55,636 nucleotides of DNA. Origin: an uncultured Clostridium sp. (lineage in GTDB: Bacteria > Bacillota > Clostridia > TANB77 > CAG-508). This document shows, piece after piece, positions 29,342 to 40,868 of the stretch. Position 1 is the first letter of the stretch. Every line of letters begins with the position of its first letter. The notes under the pieces are model-generated. The model did no database searches and was not told the DNA's origin. It worked only from the letters and a program-made list of their open reading frames with translations. The stretch is from positions 1-55,636 of the forward strand of contig CAMNPT010000004.1 in assembly GCA_946548575.1 (NCBI GenBank), in the 5' to 3' direction. The translations under genes were made by a program, and so were the position numbers.

Positions 29342-30694
29342 TTAAAATTTAAAATTTTTTAAAGTATTTTCATCAATACCATTAAATAATTTTTTCATAC
29401 TTCCTTTATTTGATTTCATTTTTTTCATCATTTTTTGTGTCATTTCAAATGATTTTATGAATTTGTTTATGTCTTGTATTTGTGTTCCACTACCTTTTGC
29501 TATACGTTGTCTACGACTTGCATTTAAAAGTTTTGTGTCTCGTTTTTCGGCTTTTGTCATTGAACATATTATTGCTTCTATTTTAACAAATTCCTTATCA
29601 TCTATATCTACATCTTTTAATGCATTCATTCCAGGTATCATTTTTAGTAATGATGAAAATGAACCCATCTTTTTTATTTGTCTTATTTGAGTTAAATAAT
29701 CATCTAAATCAAATTTGTTTTTCTTTAATTTTTTTTCTAACTTTTCAGCTTGTTCTAAATCAAATGATTCTTCTGCTTTTTCTATAACAGATAAAATATC
29801 TCCCATTCCTAGAATTCTACTAGCCATTCTTTCTGGGTGGAATACTTCTATATCACTTAATTTTTCTCCTGTTGCAGCAAATTTGATTGGTCTTCCTGTT
29901 ACTTTTTTTACAGATAATGCTGCACCTCCACGAGTATCACCATCTAATTTAGTTAATACTATTCCATCAATTCCAAGGTCTCCATTAAATTTTTCAGCAA
30001 CATTAACTGCATCTTGACCTGTCATACTATCAACTACCAATAATATTTCGTGAGGTTTTACACCAGCTTTTAATTTTTTTAACTCTTCCATTAATAATTC
30101 ATCAATATGTAAACGTCCTGCTGTATCTATAATGACTACATCATTTAATTTTGAGTATGCAACTGACATTGCTTGTTTTGCAATTAGTACAACATCTTTT
30201 GAATTTTCATTACTATATACAGGTATGTTTAATTGTTTACCAACTACTTCTAATTGCTTTATAGCTGCCGGTCTATAAACATCACATGCAACTAATAATG
30301 GATTTTTGCCTTGTTTTCTTAAAAGATTTGCAAGTTTTCCGGCTGTTGTTGTTTTACCAGAACCTTGAAGTCCAACTAGCATTATTACTGTTGGTGGATT
30401 TGGTGTAAAATTAATTTTACTTTCTGTTCCTCCCAATAATTCGACAAGTTCATCTTTTACAATTTTTACTACTTGTTGACCTGGTGTTAATGATTTTAAT
30501 ACATCTTGTCCAAGAGCTTTCTCTTGAATTGAAGAATTGAATTCTTTTACTATTTTATAGTTTACGTCAGCCTCTAAAAGTGCAAGTTTGACTTCTCTTA
30601 AAATTTCTTTTAAGTCACTTTCAGTAACTCTTGCTTTTCCTCTAAGTTTTTTTGTTATTTCTTGTAATCTAGAAGATAAACCTTCAAAAGCCAT
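29342..30694 (-). CDS. ffh: Signal recognition particle protein
   Basis: [26 protein letters not shown] domain. Confidence 0.98.
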   Translation of the reverse strand: MAFEGLSSRLQEITKKLRGKARVTESDLKEILREVKLALLEADVNYKIVKEFNSSIQEKALGQDVLKSLTPGQQVVKIVKDELVELLGGTESKINFTPNPPTVIMLVGLQGSGKTTTAGKLANLLRKQGKNPLLVACDVYRPAAIKQLEVVGKQLNIPVYSNENSKDVVLIAKQAMSVAYSKLNDVVIIDTAGRLHIDELLMEELKKLKAGVKPHEILLVVDSMTGQDAVNVAEKFNGDLGIDGIVLTKLDGDTRGGAALSVKKVTGRPIKFAATGEKLSDIEVFHPERMASRILGMGDILSVIEKAEESFDLEQAEKLEKKLKKNKFDLDDYLTQIRQIKKMGSFSSLLKMIPGMNALKDVDIDDKEFVKIEAIICSMTKAEKRDTKLLNASRRQRIAKGSGTQIQDINKFIKSFEMTQKMMKKMKSNKGSMKKLFNGIDENTLKNFKF

Positions 30695-30720
30695 AATTTA
30701 CAACTCCATTCAATTATATT

Positions 30721-31068
30721 TTAAACTATATAATGTAATTCTTTTTTTACATTTTCTAATACGATTGCTATTTGTTTGTCTGAATAGTCTTTTTGAATTT
30801 TTGTTAATTCAGATAATGCCTTTGCAATCCTTTTTTCTTGATTTAACGTCCTTTTCATAACTTCTAGCTTTTCTTCGTATTCGAAAAGTTTTTTCTCCCC
30901 TTTCTTAATTATGTCTCTAACTGCTTGTCTTGTAATGTTTTCATTTTCTGCAATTTCTGATAGTGACAAGTCATTGTTATAGTAGTCTTCTATGAATTGT
31001 GCTTGCTTTTTTGTTAAAAGTTTGCCATAAAATTCTAGTAACATACTAATTTTAACTTTTTCATCCAT
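30721..31068 (-). CDS. ylxM: YlxM family DNA-binding protein
   Basis: FYGKLLTKKQ..YY.DLSLSEIAE..ITRQAV, upstream of ffh. Confidence 0.93.
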   Translation of the reverse strand: MDEKVKISMLLEFYGKLLTKKQAQFIEDYYNNDLSLSEIAENENITRQAVRDIIKKGEKKLFEYEEKLEVMKRTLNQEKRIAKALSELTKIQKDYSDKQIAIVLENVKKELHYIV

Positions 31069-31161
31069 AGTAACTACCTCTTTTCTTTACAAAGTTTTGT
31101 AATGCTAATATACTTTACACTATTTTTTGTGATTTGTCAAGTGTTTTTAAGAAAAAATACA

Positions 31162-31195
31162 AAATTGCCAAAAGAATTTACTCTTTTGGCAATTT
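31162..31195. terminator. Strong hairpin terminator
   Basis: aaattgccaaaaga/tcttttggcaattt. Confidence 0.75.
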
Positions 31196-31216
31196 ATCTT
31201 AATTATTTATTCTATT

Positions 31217-31375
31217 TTAGAATCCTGATACTATAAAACATAAGGCTCTTAATAACACTATTGTTCCAAGTGTTGCTATTATTGTTATAATAACAGTTGA
31301 TGCAGGACTTAATTTTGGAGCCTCTGTTGAACTTGTATTAGTTACATTTGTATTAGTTGTATTTGTTTCTTCCAT
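31217..31375 (-). CDS. Small single-TM protein (52 aa; not in ORF track)
   Basis: MEETNTTNTNVTNTSSTEAPKLSPASTVIITIIATLGTIVLLRALCFIVSGF*; AAGGAG RBS (alternative ATG at 31381); followed by a terminator. Confidence 0.65.
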   Translation of the reverse strand: MEETNTTNTNVTNTSSTEAPKLSPASTVIITIIATLGTIVLLRALCFIVSGF

Positions 31376-31459
31376 AATCATTTCTCCTTTGTTCTCATTA
31401 TTTTCTTTATTTTATTATATTTTTTTTATTTTGTCTAGTGTTTTTTTAATTTTTTTTTA

Positions 31460-33865
31460 CTATACTCCTCTAAGCTCTGCTCCTAATTTTTTCTCTAATC
31501 CATCCATCACACACTTCATAACATTATTAATTTCTTCATCACTTAAAGTCTTTTTATTATCTCTAAATATTAAATTATATGCCACACTTTTCTTTCCATT
31601 TCCTATTTTTTCATCTCTATAAATGTCAAATAATTTTATACTTTCTAATATTTTCTTAGCTTTATTTTTTATCAATTTTTCAATTTGACCTACCTCTATT
31701 GCCTCATCAACAACAATTGCAATATCTCTTTCAACTGCTGGGAATTTTGCAACTTCTACATATTTTTTATCTGCTCTTGAATATTTTACAATTTTACTTA
31801 TATTTACTTCTGCTAAATATACCCTTTTTTCTATATCATAATTTGCAAGTACTTCTGGATGAACCTCTCCAATTGTCGCAATTACATCTATACCAACCTT
31901 TATATTTGCACATCTTCCAGGATGATATACCGCATTTTTTGTTTCTTTTTCCACTTCATATTTATTAATGTTAGAAACCTCTAGCACATTTTCTATTATT
32001 CCTTTAAAACTATAGAAGTCTACATCATCTCCATACATTCCTATTGTTAAAATATTTTCTTGTAATGGTATTTCTCCTTTTTCAACTTCTCCTTTTTCAT
32101 TTTTATAGTTTCTAGATATGTCAAATAATTTCACATTTTGGTTCTTTTTGTTTAAATTTAATGACAATGTTTGCAACATACTTGGTACTGTTGTAGGTCT
32201 CATTAGTTTATACTCATCACTTAATGGATTCATAATAGATATTGATTTTTTTATTAGTTCCTTATCTATTTTCACTTTTTCTAAATCTTGTTCACTTACA
32301 AAACCATAAGTATAAATTTCTGATAAACCACTATTAACAAGAATATTTTTTATTTTTTCTTCTATATTTTGCTCTTTATTTCTAACTCCAAGTGTTGTTT
32401 CTGCTTTTATTAATGTAGTTTCTAATTTATCATAACCATAAAATCTAACAACTTCTTCTGCTAAATCTGCTAAATATTCCAAATCCATTCTAAAATATGG
32501 AACAATAGCATAATTATTTTCAACCTTTATTTCCAATTTTTCTAATATATCTATCATTTCTTTTTCTGATATATTTGTTCCTAACAAATTATTTATCTTT
32601 TCTGCATCTAATTTAATTTTATTTATTTTTTGTTTTGTTGGATATATGTCTATCTTTCCATCAACAATCTCTCCTGCTCCTGTTTTTTCTACTAATTCTA
32701 GTGCTCTATTTATAGCTCTTATTGCATTTTCAGAAGATAAACCTTTTTCAAATCTAGATGAGCTTTCAGTTCTTAACCCTAATTGTTTAGCAGTCTTTCT
32801 TATGCTTCCACCATTAAATACAGCTGATTCAAATACAACAGTTTTGGTATTCTCTTCTATTTCAGAATTTAAACCTCCCATAACACCTGCAACTGCAACA
32901 GCCTTTTTATCATCTGCTATCACCAAATTGTTTTCATTTAATTTTCTCTCTTGCTCATCAAGAGTTGTTATCTTTTCTCCATTTTTAGCTCTTCTAACAG
33001 TTATATGCTTTCCTTCAATTGAATTTATATCAAATGCATGCATTGGTTGACCCATTTCTAACATTACATAGTTTGTTATATCTACTATATTATTTATACT
33101 TCTCACACCACAAGCTTTTAATCTTCTTTTCATCCAGTCTGGAGATGGACCAATTTTTACATTTTTTACAACTCTTGCTATATAACGATAGCACAAATCT
33201 GGTGCTTTAATTTCAACATTTAAACCTTCAATTTCTTTTTTATTTTCAACATCCATTTCATCTATATTTTTTCTAGGATTTTTGAATTCTTTACCTAAAG
33301 AAACTGCAGTTTCTCTTCCTAACCCTTCTATTGATAAACAATCAGGCCTATTAGGTGTAATTTCAAAATCTATAATATCTTCTTTTAAATTTAAAACTTC
33401 TACAATATCTTTACCTAATTCTTTTTCATAATAATTAGGTAAAATCATTATTCCATTCTCATTTTGCTCTGGGTAATCAGATTTATCTAATCCTAATTCT
33501 CCAATAGAACACATCATGCCACAAGATTCTATACCTCTTAACATTCCTTTTTTTATTTTAATACCACCTGGTAAGCTAGAACCATCTTTTGCAATAGGTA
33601 CAACATCTCCCTCTTTTATATTATTTGCACCTGTTACAATTTGCACCTGTTCATTACCAATATCAACTTTAGTTACTAGAAGATGATCAGAATCTTCATG
33701 TTTTTTTATTTCTAATATTTTTCCAACAACAACATTTTTTATATCATTTCCTTTTTGTTCTATAGTTTCAACTTTAGAACCTGTCATTGTTAAAATATCT
33801 CCCAAATGTACAGTATCTATATCTATATCACTATATTCTTTTAACCATTCTATACTTGCTTTCAT
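31460..33865 (-). CDS. pheT: Phenylalanine--tRNA ligase beta subunit
   Basis: TPNRPDCLS, NNIVDITNYVMLE.GQP.HAFD, FPAVERDIA. Confidence 0.97.
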   Translation of the reverse strand: MKASIEWLKEYSDIDIDTVHLGDILTMTGSKVETIEQKGNDIKNVVVGKILEIKKHEDSDHLLVTKVDIGNEQVQIVTGANNIKEGDVVPIAKDGSSLPGGIKIKKGMLRGIESCGMMCSIGELGLDKSDYPEQNENGIMILPNYYEKELGKDIVEVLNLKEDIIDFEITPNRPDCLSIEGLGRETAVSLGKEFKNPRKNIDEMDVENKKEIEGLNVEIKAPDLCYRYIARVVKNVKIGPSPDWMKRRLKACGVRSINNIVDITNYVMLEMGQPMHAFDINSIEGKHITVRRAKNGEKITTLDEQERKLNENNLVIADDKKAVAVAGVMGGLNSEIEENTKTVVFESAVFNGGSIRKTAKQLGLRTESSSRFEKGLSSENAIRAINRALELVEKTGAGEIVDGKIDIYPTKQKINKIKLDAEKINNLLGTNISEKEMIDILEKLEIKVENNYAIVPYFRMDLEYLADLAEEVVRFYGYDKLETTLIKAETTLGVRNKEQNIEEKIKNILVNSGLSEIYTYGFVSEQDLEKVKIDKELIKKSISIMNPLSDEYKLMRPTTVPSMLQTLSLNLNKKNQNVKLFDISRNYKNEKGEVEKGEIPLQENILTIGMYGDDVDFYSFKGIIENVLEVSNINKYEVEKETKNAVYHPGRCANIKVGIDVIATIGEVHPEVLANYDIEKRVYLAEVNISKIVKYSRADKKYVEVAKFPAVERDIAIVVDEAIEVGQIEKLIKNKAKKILESIKLFDIYRDEKIGNGKKSVAYNLIFRDNKKTLSDEEINNVMKCVMDGLEKKLGAELRGV

Positions 33866-33882
33866 TTTACTCTTCCTTCCTT

Positions 33883-33972
33883 TTCAACCAAGGGGACGGT
33901 CCTTTTGGTTGAACATATTAATTTTTTCTTTACAATTTTTTTCCAACCAAAAGGACCGTCCCCTTGGTTGAA
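33883..33972. repeat. Inverted pair of REP-like palindromes (REPIN-like)
   Basis: ttcaaccaaggggacggtccttttggttgaa (33883-33913) and its reverse complement (33944-33972). Confidence 0.9.
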
Positions 33973-33974
33973 AT

Positions 33975-34994
33975 TTAAAATTGTTTTAAAAACCTAACAT
34001 CATTTTCAAATAACAACCTCATATCTTCTATTCCAAATTTAGCCATTGCTATTCTTTCTACTCCAAATCCAAATGCAAATCCTGAATATTCTTCTGGGTC
34101 TATTCCACAGTTCTTTAATACATTTGGATGAACCATTCCACATCCTAATAATTCTATCCAGCCTTCACCTTTACATACTTTACAACCTTTTCCTCCACAA
34201 ACAAAACATGATACATCTGCTTCTGCGCTTGGTTCTGTAAATGGGAAATGGTGTGGTCTAAATCTTACCTTTGTTTTTTCTCCTAGGCATTTTTTTGCAA
34301 ACATTTCTAATGTTCCTTTTAAATCTGTCATAGAAATGTTTTTATCTACAACCAAACCTTCAATTTGATGGAATACTGGTGAATGTGTGCTATCTACACT
34401 ATCTGAACGATATACAGCTCCAGGACATATTATTTTTATAGGTGGTTTTGTTTTTTCCATAACTCTTGCTTGAACAGGTGATGTTTGACTCCTTAATACT
34501 ATATCATCTGTAATATAAAATGTATCTTGCATATCTCTCGCAGGATGATCTGGAGGTGTGTTTAATTTGTCAAAATTATATATTGCTTTTTCAACCTCTG
34601 GTCCATCTGCAATTTCATATCCCATTCCTAAAAAAATTTCTGAAACTTCATCTATTATTTGTGTTATTGGATGTAATGAACCTAAACTAACTTTTTTGCT
34701 AGGCTCTGTTACATCAATATTTTCAGTTTCTATCTTTTTTAAAAGTTCTTTTCTTTTTAATTCTTTTTCTTTTTCCTCAATTAAACTATTAAGTTCATCT
34801 CTTACTTCATTTACTAAACTCCCTATGACAGGCCTTTCTTCTGGTAATAAATTTCCCATTTTTCTTAATACTAATGTTAATTCACCTTTTTTTCCTAAGT
34901 ATCTCACTTTTAAATTGTTTAAGTCATTTAAATCCTCACAACTTTTTATACTTTTTAGTGAATTTTCTTTGATTTTTAAAATTTCATCTTTCAA
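33975..34994 (-). CDS. pheS: Phenylalanine--tRNA ligase alpha subunit
   Basis: HPARDMQDTF, HSPVFHQIEG, FPFTEPS, GFAFGFGVER. Confidence 0.98.
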   Translation of the reverse strand: MKDEILKIKENSLKSIKSCEDLNDLNNLKVRYLGKKGELTLVLRKMGNLLPEERPVIGSLVNEVRDELNSLIEEKEKELKRKELLKKIETENIDVTEPSKKVSLGSLHPITQIIDEVSEIFLGMGYEIADGPEVEKAIYNFDKLNTPPDHPARDMQDTFYITDDIVLRSQTSPVQARVMEKTKPPIKIICPGAVYRSDSVDSTHSPVFHQIEGLVVDKNISMTDLKGTLEMFAKKCLGEKTKVRFRPHHFPFTEPSAEADVSCFVCGGKGCKVCKGEGWIELLGCGMVHPNVLKNCGIDPEEYSGFAFGFGVERIAMAKFGIEDMRLLFENDVRFLKQF

Positions 34995-35021
34995 TTTCTA
35001 TCCTTCCTTTCTTTTTTACAC

Positions 35022-35270
35022 TAAAAAAATCCATTTATCCTTATTATATAGGACGAAATGGATTTAGATTCCGTGGTACCACCTAAATTTATTAGTTTTT
35101 TTACTAACCTCATTATAGCTTTAACGGAGCAACCGCTTTTCTCTACTTGTTTTTTCAAGAAAAGACCTAAAAAGTGAAATTTCTATATATCAATATTAGT
35201 GGCTTCCAGCCAAGACCACTTTCTCTTTTAATATTTTTAAATATATATACTTTGCTTTTTAATTGGCTAA
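35022..35270 (-). promoter_or_regulatory. T-box riboswitch (Phe)
   Basis: Minus strand carries AGGTGGTACCACGG T-box, a terminator hairpin, GAGAAAG..GGCTGGAAG stem I elements and a candidate TTC specifier; upstream of pheS. Confidence 0.88.
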
Positions 35271-35417
35271 TATTTAATTATTGCTATAAATATTATCATA
35301 AAAATACTTTTTTTTCAATACTTTTTTGTTTTTTTAGATAAAAAATGTTGTATTTTTTTTTATTTGTGATAAAATATAGTATGTAAGTTTATTTTTAAAT
35401 ATTAAGGAGAGGAAAAA

Positions 35418-36764
35418 ATGAAGAAAAAAATTTTTATAACACTATTTTTACTATTAATTTTAATTACAAACATTTCACTTGCTTCTTATAGTACAGTAAC
35501 TATGGAAGTAGTTGAAGAACCAATATGTACTATACCAATTGGAGTAAATTCAAAATTTGAAAAAAGATTAATATCAAAGGATTTGCAAAACAAAGAGGTA
35601 ACATTACAATTGCAAATAACAAATGAAGAAATTGCAAATAAACCTACCGGAGAAATTGTTTTAGTTCTTGATAATTCTGAAAGTATGACTCATGAAACTT
35701 CTACAGGAGAAATTAGAAAGGACATGATATATAGTTCAGCAAAAACATTAGTAACAAATCTTTTAAAAGATAATACAAAATTAAAAATTGGAATTGTTAG
35801 TTTTTCAACAAATACAGACTCAAGTAAAATGGGTACAATTGAAGATGCAACTTTAGTTTCTACTTTAAGTGCAGATGCAGGAGCTTTAACAACTGCAATG
35901 GATAGCATTATTGCAAATGGAACAATGACAGATTTAGAATCTGGATTAGCTCTTGGAGCTCAACAATTTTCATCTGAAGATAATAATAAATATATGATTG
36001 TTTTAACAGATGGTGTTCCAAATGTTGCAATAAATTATGATAAATTTCCTTTTTCAGATGATGTAATCACAAAAACAAAAAACAAATTACAAGAAATTGC
36101 TAATAGTAATATTAATTTGATAACTATGTTAACTGGAATTGATAATGAAGATTCATATGCTAGTAGATTTAAAGATGGAGAGGATAATCAAAAAACATAT
36201 AAATCAATAATTGAAGATATTTTTGGAACAACAGCAAATCCAACAGCAGGAAGTTTCTATTATATAACTGATGATAAAATACAATCAACAATTTCAAATA
36301 TATATGATTCATTAATACCACAATCTGGTTCATATAAAGATATTACAATTGTAGATTACTTCCCAAAAGAAATTGTTAATAATTTTGATTTTGCTTATGT
36401 AAGTAATGCAAATATTGGAAATATTTCAGCTAGTATAGATAAAACAAATAATTCTATTACATGGACAATTCCAGAGCTTGCCGTTGGTCAAACAGCAACA
36501 GTTCAATACAAATTAAAATTAAAAGAAAATTTTGATAGCTCAATTGTCGGAAAAATTTTAAATACAAATGAAAAGGTTGATATAACATATAAAGATTTTA
36601 ACAATAATGAACAAAACAAAACTTCTGATATAACTCCAAAATTAAAACTTACTGAACCACCAGCAGTTTTACCTAAAGCAGGTTTAAAAAATATTCTTAT
36701 TATATTTATGTTTGTAATTATTTCTATTTCAGTATATTCATTAACAAAATTAAAGAGAGATTAA
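35418..36764 (+). CDS. Secreted vWA-domain surface protein with an LPxAG sorting-like signal
   Basis: Signal peptide, MIDAS DNSES, LTDG, C-terminal LPKAG followed by TM and basic tail. Confidence 0.85.
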   Translation: MKKKIFITLFLLLILITNISLASYSTVTMEVVEEPICTIPIGVNSKFEKRLISKDLQNKEVTLQLQITNEEIANKPTGEIVLVLDNSESMTHETSTGEIRKDMIYSSAKTLVTNLLKDNTKLKIGIVSFSTNTDSSKMGTIEDATLVSTLSADAGALTTAMDSIIANGTMTDLESGLALGAQQFSSEDNNKYMIVLTDGVPNVAINYDKFPFSDDVITKTKNKLQEIANSNINLITMLTGIDNEDSYASRFKDGEDNQKTYKSIIEDIFGTTANPTAGSFYYITDDKIQSTISNIYDSLIPQSGSYKDITIVDYFPKEIVNNFDFAYVSNANIGNISASIDKTNNSITWTIPELAVGQTATVQYKLKLKENFDSSIVGKILNTNEKVDITYKDFNNNEQNKTSDITPKLKLTEPPAVLPKAGLKNILIIFMFVIISISVYSLTKLKRD

Positions 36765-36775
36765 GGAACTTTTCC

Positions 36776-37795
36776 TTAATCTCTCATTGCTTCTTCTACT
36801 GCAACTGCTACTGCAACACTAGCACCAACCATAGGGTTATTTCCCATTCCTATTAATCCCATCATTTCAACATGTGCTGGTACTGATGATGATCCGGCAA
36901 ATTGTGCATCAGAATGCATTCTTCCCATTGTGTCTGTCATACCATAAGATGCAGGTCCAGCAGCCATATTGTCTGGATGAAGTGTTCTTCCTGTTCCTCC
37001 TCCTGATGCTACAGAAAAATATTTTTTTCCATTTTCAATTCTTTCTTTTTTATAAGTGCCTGCAACTGGATGTTGAAATCTTGTTGGATTTGTTGAATTA
37101 CCTGTTATAGATATATCAACATCTTCTAGCCACATAATTGCTACACCTTCTCTAACATCATTTGCTCCATAACATCTAACTTTACTTCTTTCTCCATCTG
37201 AGTATGGTATTTCTTCAACTACTTTTACTTTTCCTGTAAAATAATCAAATTCAGTTTTTACATATGTAAATCCATTTATTCTTGATATAACCTGTGCTGC
37301 ATCTTTTCCTAATCCATTTAATATAACTCTTAATGGTTCTTTTCTAACTTTATTTGCTGACTTTGCAATTCCAATAGCTCCTTCAGCTGCTGCAAAGCTT
37401 TCGTGTCCTGCTAAAAATGCAAAACATTTTGTTTCTTCTGATAACAACATAGATGCTAAATTACCATGTCCTAATCCTACTTTTCTGTCATCTGCAACAG
37501 AACCTGGTATACAAAATGCTTGTAATCCTTCCCCTATAGCTTTTGCTGCATCAGCCGCTTTTACGCATCCTTTTTTTATTGCTATTGCAGCACCTAGGGT
37601 ATATGCCCAAGCAGCATTTTCAAAACAAATTGGTTGAACTCCTTTTACAATTTCATAAGGATTAAAACCTTTATCTGTACATATTTTTAATGCATCTTCA
37701 AAATCATTTATTCCGTATTTATCCATAACTGGTTTTATTTGTTCTATTCTTCTTTCATAACTTTCAAACTTTGCTTCCATTTCATCTTCCTCCAT
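36776..37795 (-). CDS. GGGtGRT protein
   Basis: SGGGTGRTLHPDN motif. Confidence 0.95.
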   Translation of the reverse strand: MEEDEMEAKFESYERRIEQIKPVMDKYGINDFEDALKICTDKGFNPYEIVKGVQPICFENAAWAYTLGAAIAIKKGCVKAADAAKAIGEGLQAFCIPGSVADDRKVGLGHGNLASMLLSEETKCFAFLAGHESFAAAEGAIGIAKSANKVRKEPLRVILNGLGKDAAQVISRINGFTYVKTEFDYFTGKVKVVEEIPYSDGERSKVRCYGANDVREGVAIMWLEDVDISITGNSTNPTRFQHPVAGTYKKERIENGKKYFSVASGGGTGRTLHPDNMAAGPASYGMTDTMGRMHSDAQFAGSSSVPAHVEMMGLIGMGNNPMVGASVAVAVAVEEAMRD

Positions 37796-37855
37796 TTTTT
37801 ACTTTAATATTAAAATTGATGATTATATATTAAAACGTACTATAATTTATTTCAA

Positions 37856-38563
37856 TCAATTTTGTCTTGGATCTATTTTTTTAACTGCTTCATCAAATCT
37901 ACCATAAGTTCCTGAAGCTTTTTCTATTGCTTCCATTGGTTCTATTCCTTTTTTTATATTTTCCATCATTTTTCCAATATGTACATATTTATATCCAATT
38001 ATTTGGTCATTTTTATCTAATCCTAATTCTACAATATACCCTTCAGTTAATTGTAAGTATCTTGGTCCCTTCAATGTACTTGAATAAATTGTTCCTACTT
38101 GACTTGTATGACCCTTTCCTAAATCCTCAAGACCTGCGCCTACTGGTAGTCCTCCTTCTGAAAATGCTGTTTGTGTCCTTCCATATACTATTTGTAAAAA
38201 TAATTCTCTCATTGCAACATTTATTGCATCACATACTAAATCTGTATTTAATGCTTCTAATATAGTTTTTCCTGTTAATATTTCTCCTGCCATGGCAGCT
38301 GAATGTGTCATTCCTGAACATCCAATTGTTTCAATCAATGCTTCTTGTATAATTCCTTCTTTTACATTTAAAGTTAATTTACAACATCCTTGTTGAGGTG
38401 CACACCATCCTATTCCATGTGTTAATCCAGAAATATCCTTTATTTCTTTTGCTTGAACCCATTTTCCTTCTTCAGGTATTGGGGCTGGTCCATGGTCTAC
38501 CCCTTTACTTACTACACACATTTCTTCTAATTCCTTTGAATAAATCATTTTTGCTTCCTCCAT
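37856..38563 (-). CDS. NifU/IscU-like Fe-S scaffold protein (GGGtGRT partner)
   Basis: GWCAPQQGCCKL, GCSGMTHS, LVCDAIN. Confidence 0.85.
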   Translation of the reverse strand: MEEAKMIYSKELEEMCVVSKGVDHGPAPIPEEGKWVQAKEIKDISGLTHGIGWCAPQQGCCKLTLNVKEGIIQEALIETIGCSGMTHSAAMAGEILTGKTILEALNTDLVCDAINVAMRELFLQIVYGRTQTAFSEGGLPVGAGLEDLGKGHTSQVGTIYSSTLKGPRYLQLTEGYIVELGLDKNDQIIGYKYVHIGKMMENIKKGIEPMEAIEKASGTYGRFDEAVKKIDPRQN

Positions 38564-38575
38564 AACTATATTTAT

Positions 38576-39271
38576 TTAATCATTTTCTTCATTTGAAAAT
38601 AAAATTTGATTTTTTCTTTTAAAATTTTCCTGTATTATTGTTTCTTTATTCTCTTCTCTTTCTTCATTCACTTTTTCATATTCTTCTGTATTATTAAAAG
38701 CTACCATATTATCTATATCATTAATATAAATACCTACTTCATAAACTTCTTGTCTTTTTTTTGGTCTATTATCAGATAAATATCTATTTATAATTTCTTT
38801 ATCTTTTTTGTTCATTTGTTCAGGATTAATTCCTAAATTTTTGTATCTCCATATTATATGTCTTTCATAACTGTCATAAATATCATTAATTAAATCATCA
38901 TAATTAAATTCTACTTTAAATCTAAGATTTTGTATTGTGATAGTTAAATTTGTCCAAATATCTCCTGTTTCAGATTTCATAAATTCTCCATGTAATTCCT
39001 TTATTTTGTCATATAACATTTTTACTAATTTTAAATATTCATTTTCATCAATGTTAAATTTATTTGGAATTTCATATACATTAACAGGTTTTTTTCTTAG
39101 TATACCTTTAGGAATATAATAAAAGTATAATTCTCCTGATGCTTTATTTTTACTTGATTCTAATACTGAACTATATAAAAAGAGTTTATCCCATTTTTCT
39201 GGTATCATATAAAACAACATTTTCTGTATAACTTCATATATTTCTTTTATTTTTTTTGTGTGGTTTAACAT
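38576..39271 (-). CDS. YezG/DUF600-like immunity-type protein
   Basis: MIPEKWDKLFLY, YFYY, WTNLTI, FKVEFNYDDL, IWRYK. Confidence 0.7.
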   Translation of the reverse strand: MLNHTKKIKEIYEVIQKMLFYMIPEKWDKLFLYSSVLESSKNKASGELYFYYIPKGILRKKPVNVYEIPNKFNIDENEYLKLVKMLYDKIKELHGEFMKSETGDIWTNLTITIQNLRFKVEFNYDDLINDIYDSYERHIIWRYKNLGINPEQMNKKDKEIINRYLSDNRPKKRQEVYEVGIYINDIDNMVAFNNTEEYEKVNEEREENKETIIQENFKRKNQILFSNEEND

Positions 39272-39276
39272 ATCTC

Positions 39277-40818
39277 TTATCCCTTATCTATTAGACTTGT
39301 TCCAGTCATTTCTTCTGGTTTTGGTATATTCATCAAATCAAGCATTGTTGGTGCTAAATCTGCTAATCTTCCTCCTGATTTTAATTTGATTTTTTCATTG
39401 TCTGTAATTGCAATAAGTGGTACCGGATTTGTTGTATGAGCTGTATGAGGCTCTCCAGTTTTATAATCTATCATTTGTTCTGAATTTCCGTGATCAGCTG
39501 TAATTAATAAATTAGCTTTCTTTTCTTCTATTAATGGAACTACTCTTCCTATACATTCATCTAATGTTTCTACCGCCTTAATTGCCGCATTTAAATTTCC
39601 TGTATGGCCCACCATGTCACTATTTGCATAATTTAAAATTATAGCATCATATTTATCGCTTTTTATACTATCTATAATTTTATCTGTAACTTCATAAGCG
39701 CTCATTTCTGGTTTTAAATCATAAGTTTCTACTTTAGGTGAAGGTACTAAAATTCTGTCTTCACCTGGATATTGTTTTTCCTCTCCACCATTAAAGAAAA
39801 ATGTTACATGTGCATATTTTTCTGTTTCTGCTATTCTTAATTGAGTATATCCTAAATTACTTATAACTTCTCCAAATGTATTTTTTAATTGTTCCTTCTT
39901 AAATGCAATATGTACATTTGGCATTGTTTCATCATAGCTTGTAAAACATACATAATATAAATTTAAATCTTTTCTTGTTTCAAACTCGTTAAACTCTTTA
40001 TCTACTAAAGCTCTAGTTATTTGTCTTGCTCTATCTGGTCTAAAATTAAAAAATATTACAGAATCATTTGGCTCAATCTTGGCAACAGGTTCATCTCCAT
40101 TACATATTACCACTGGCTCTACAAACTCATCAAAAACTTCTTTTTGATAAGAATTTTCAATTGCTGTTACAGCATTTCCACATTTTATTCCTTCACCATT
40201 TACCATTGCATCATAAGCTTTTTGAATCCTTTGCCATCTTTTATCTCTATCCATACTATAGAATCTTCCAGATATTGTTGCAATTTTTCCTATTTCTTTT
40301 TCATTCATTTTATCTTGTAATTTTATTATATAACTTTCAGCAGATGCAGGTGGTGTATCTCTTCCATCTAAGAAACAATGTATATATACATTTTCAAAAT
40401 CTCTTCTTTTTGCCATTTCTAGTAAACCATATAGATGTCTATCATGGCTGTGAACTCCACCATCAGATACAAGACCTAAAATATGAAGCTTTGAGTTATG
40501 TTTTTTACAATTTTCAATTGCATTTATGAATTCAGGATTTGAAAAGAAATCCCCATCTTCAATTGATTTTGTAATCCTAGTTAATTCTTGATATACAATT
40601 CTACCTGCTCCTATATTTGTATGTCCAACTTCTGAATTTCCCATCTGACCTTCAGGTAATCCAACAGCTAAACCTGATGTTTTTATTTCAGTAACAGGAT
40701 ATTTTTTTAAAATTTTATCTAAATTAGGTGTATTTGCAAGCTTTATAGCATTACCTTCTTTTTTTTCATTGTTTCCAAATCCATCTAATATCATTAACAT
40801 TGTTAATTTATCTTTCAT
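39277..40818 (-). CDS. gpmI: 2,3-BPG-independent phosphoglycerate mutase
   Basis: [37 protein letters not shown]; start MKDKLT. Confidence 0.97.
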   Translation of the reverse strand: MKDKLTMLMILDGFGNNEKKEGNAIKLANTPNLDKILKKYPVTEIKTSGLAVGLPEGQMGNSEVGHTNIGAGRIVYQELTRITKSIEDGDFFSNPEFINAIENCKKHNSKLHILGLVSDGGVHSHDRHLYGLLEMAKRRDFENVYIHCFLDGRDTPPASAESYIIKLQDKMNEKEIGKIATISGRFYSMDRDKRWQRIQKAYDAMVNGEGIKCGNAVTAIENSYQKEVFDEFVEPVVICNGDEPVAKIEPNDSVIFFNFRPDRARQITRALVDKEFNEFETRKDLNLYYVCFTSYDETMPNVHIAFKKEQLKNTFGEVISNLGYTQLRIAETEKYAHVTFFFNGGEEKQYPGEDRILVPSPKVETYDLKPEMSAYEVTDKIIDSIKSDKYDAIILNYANSDMVGHTGNLNAAIKAVETLDECIGRVVPLIEEKKANLLITADHGNSEQMIDYKTGEPHTAHTTNPVPLIAITDNEKIKLKSGGRLADLAPTMLDLMNIPKPEEMTGTSLIDKG

Positions 40819-40839
40819 TTTTTCATCCTTTCTTTTTAT

Positions 40840-40868
40840 TTGCCAAAAATCTCCGACCCCAGTGGCAA
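40840..40868. repeat. REP-like hairpin at the tpiA/gpmI junction
   Basis: ttgcca-aaaatctccgaccccag-tggcaa. Confidence 0.5.
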
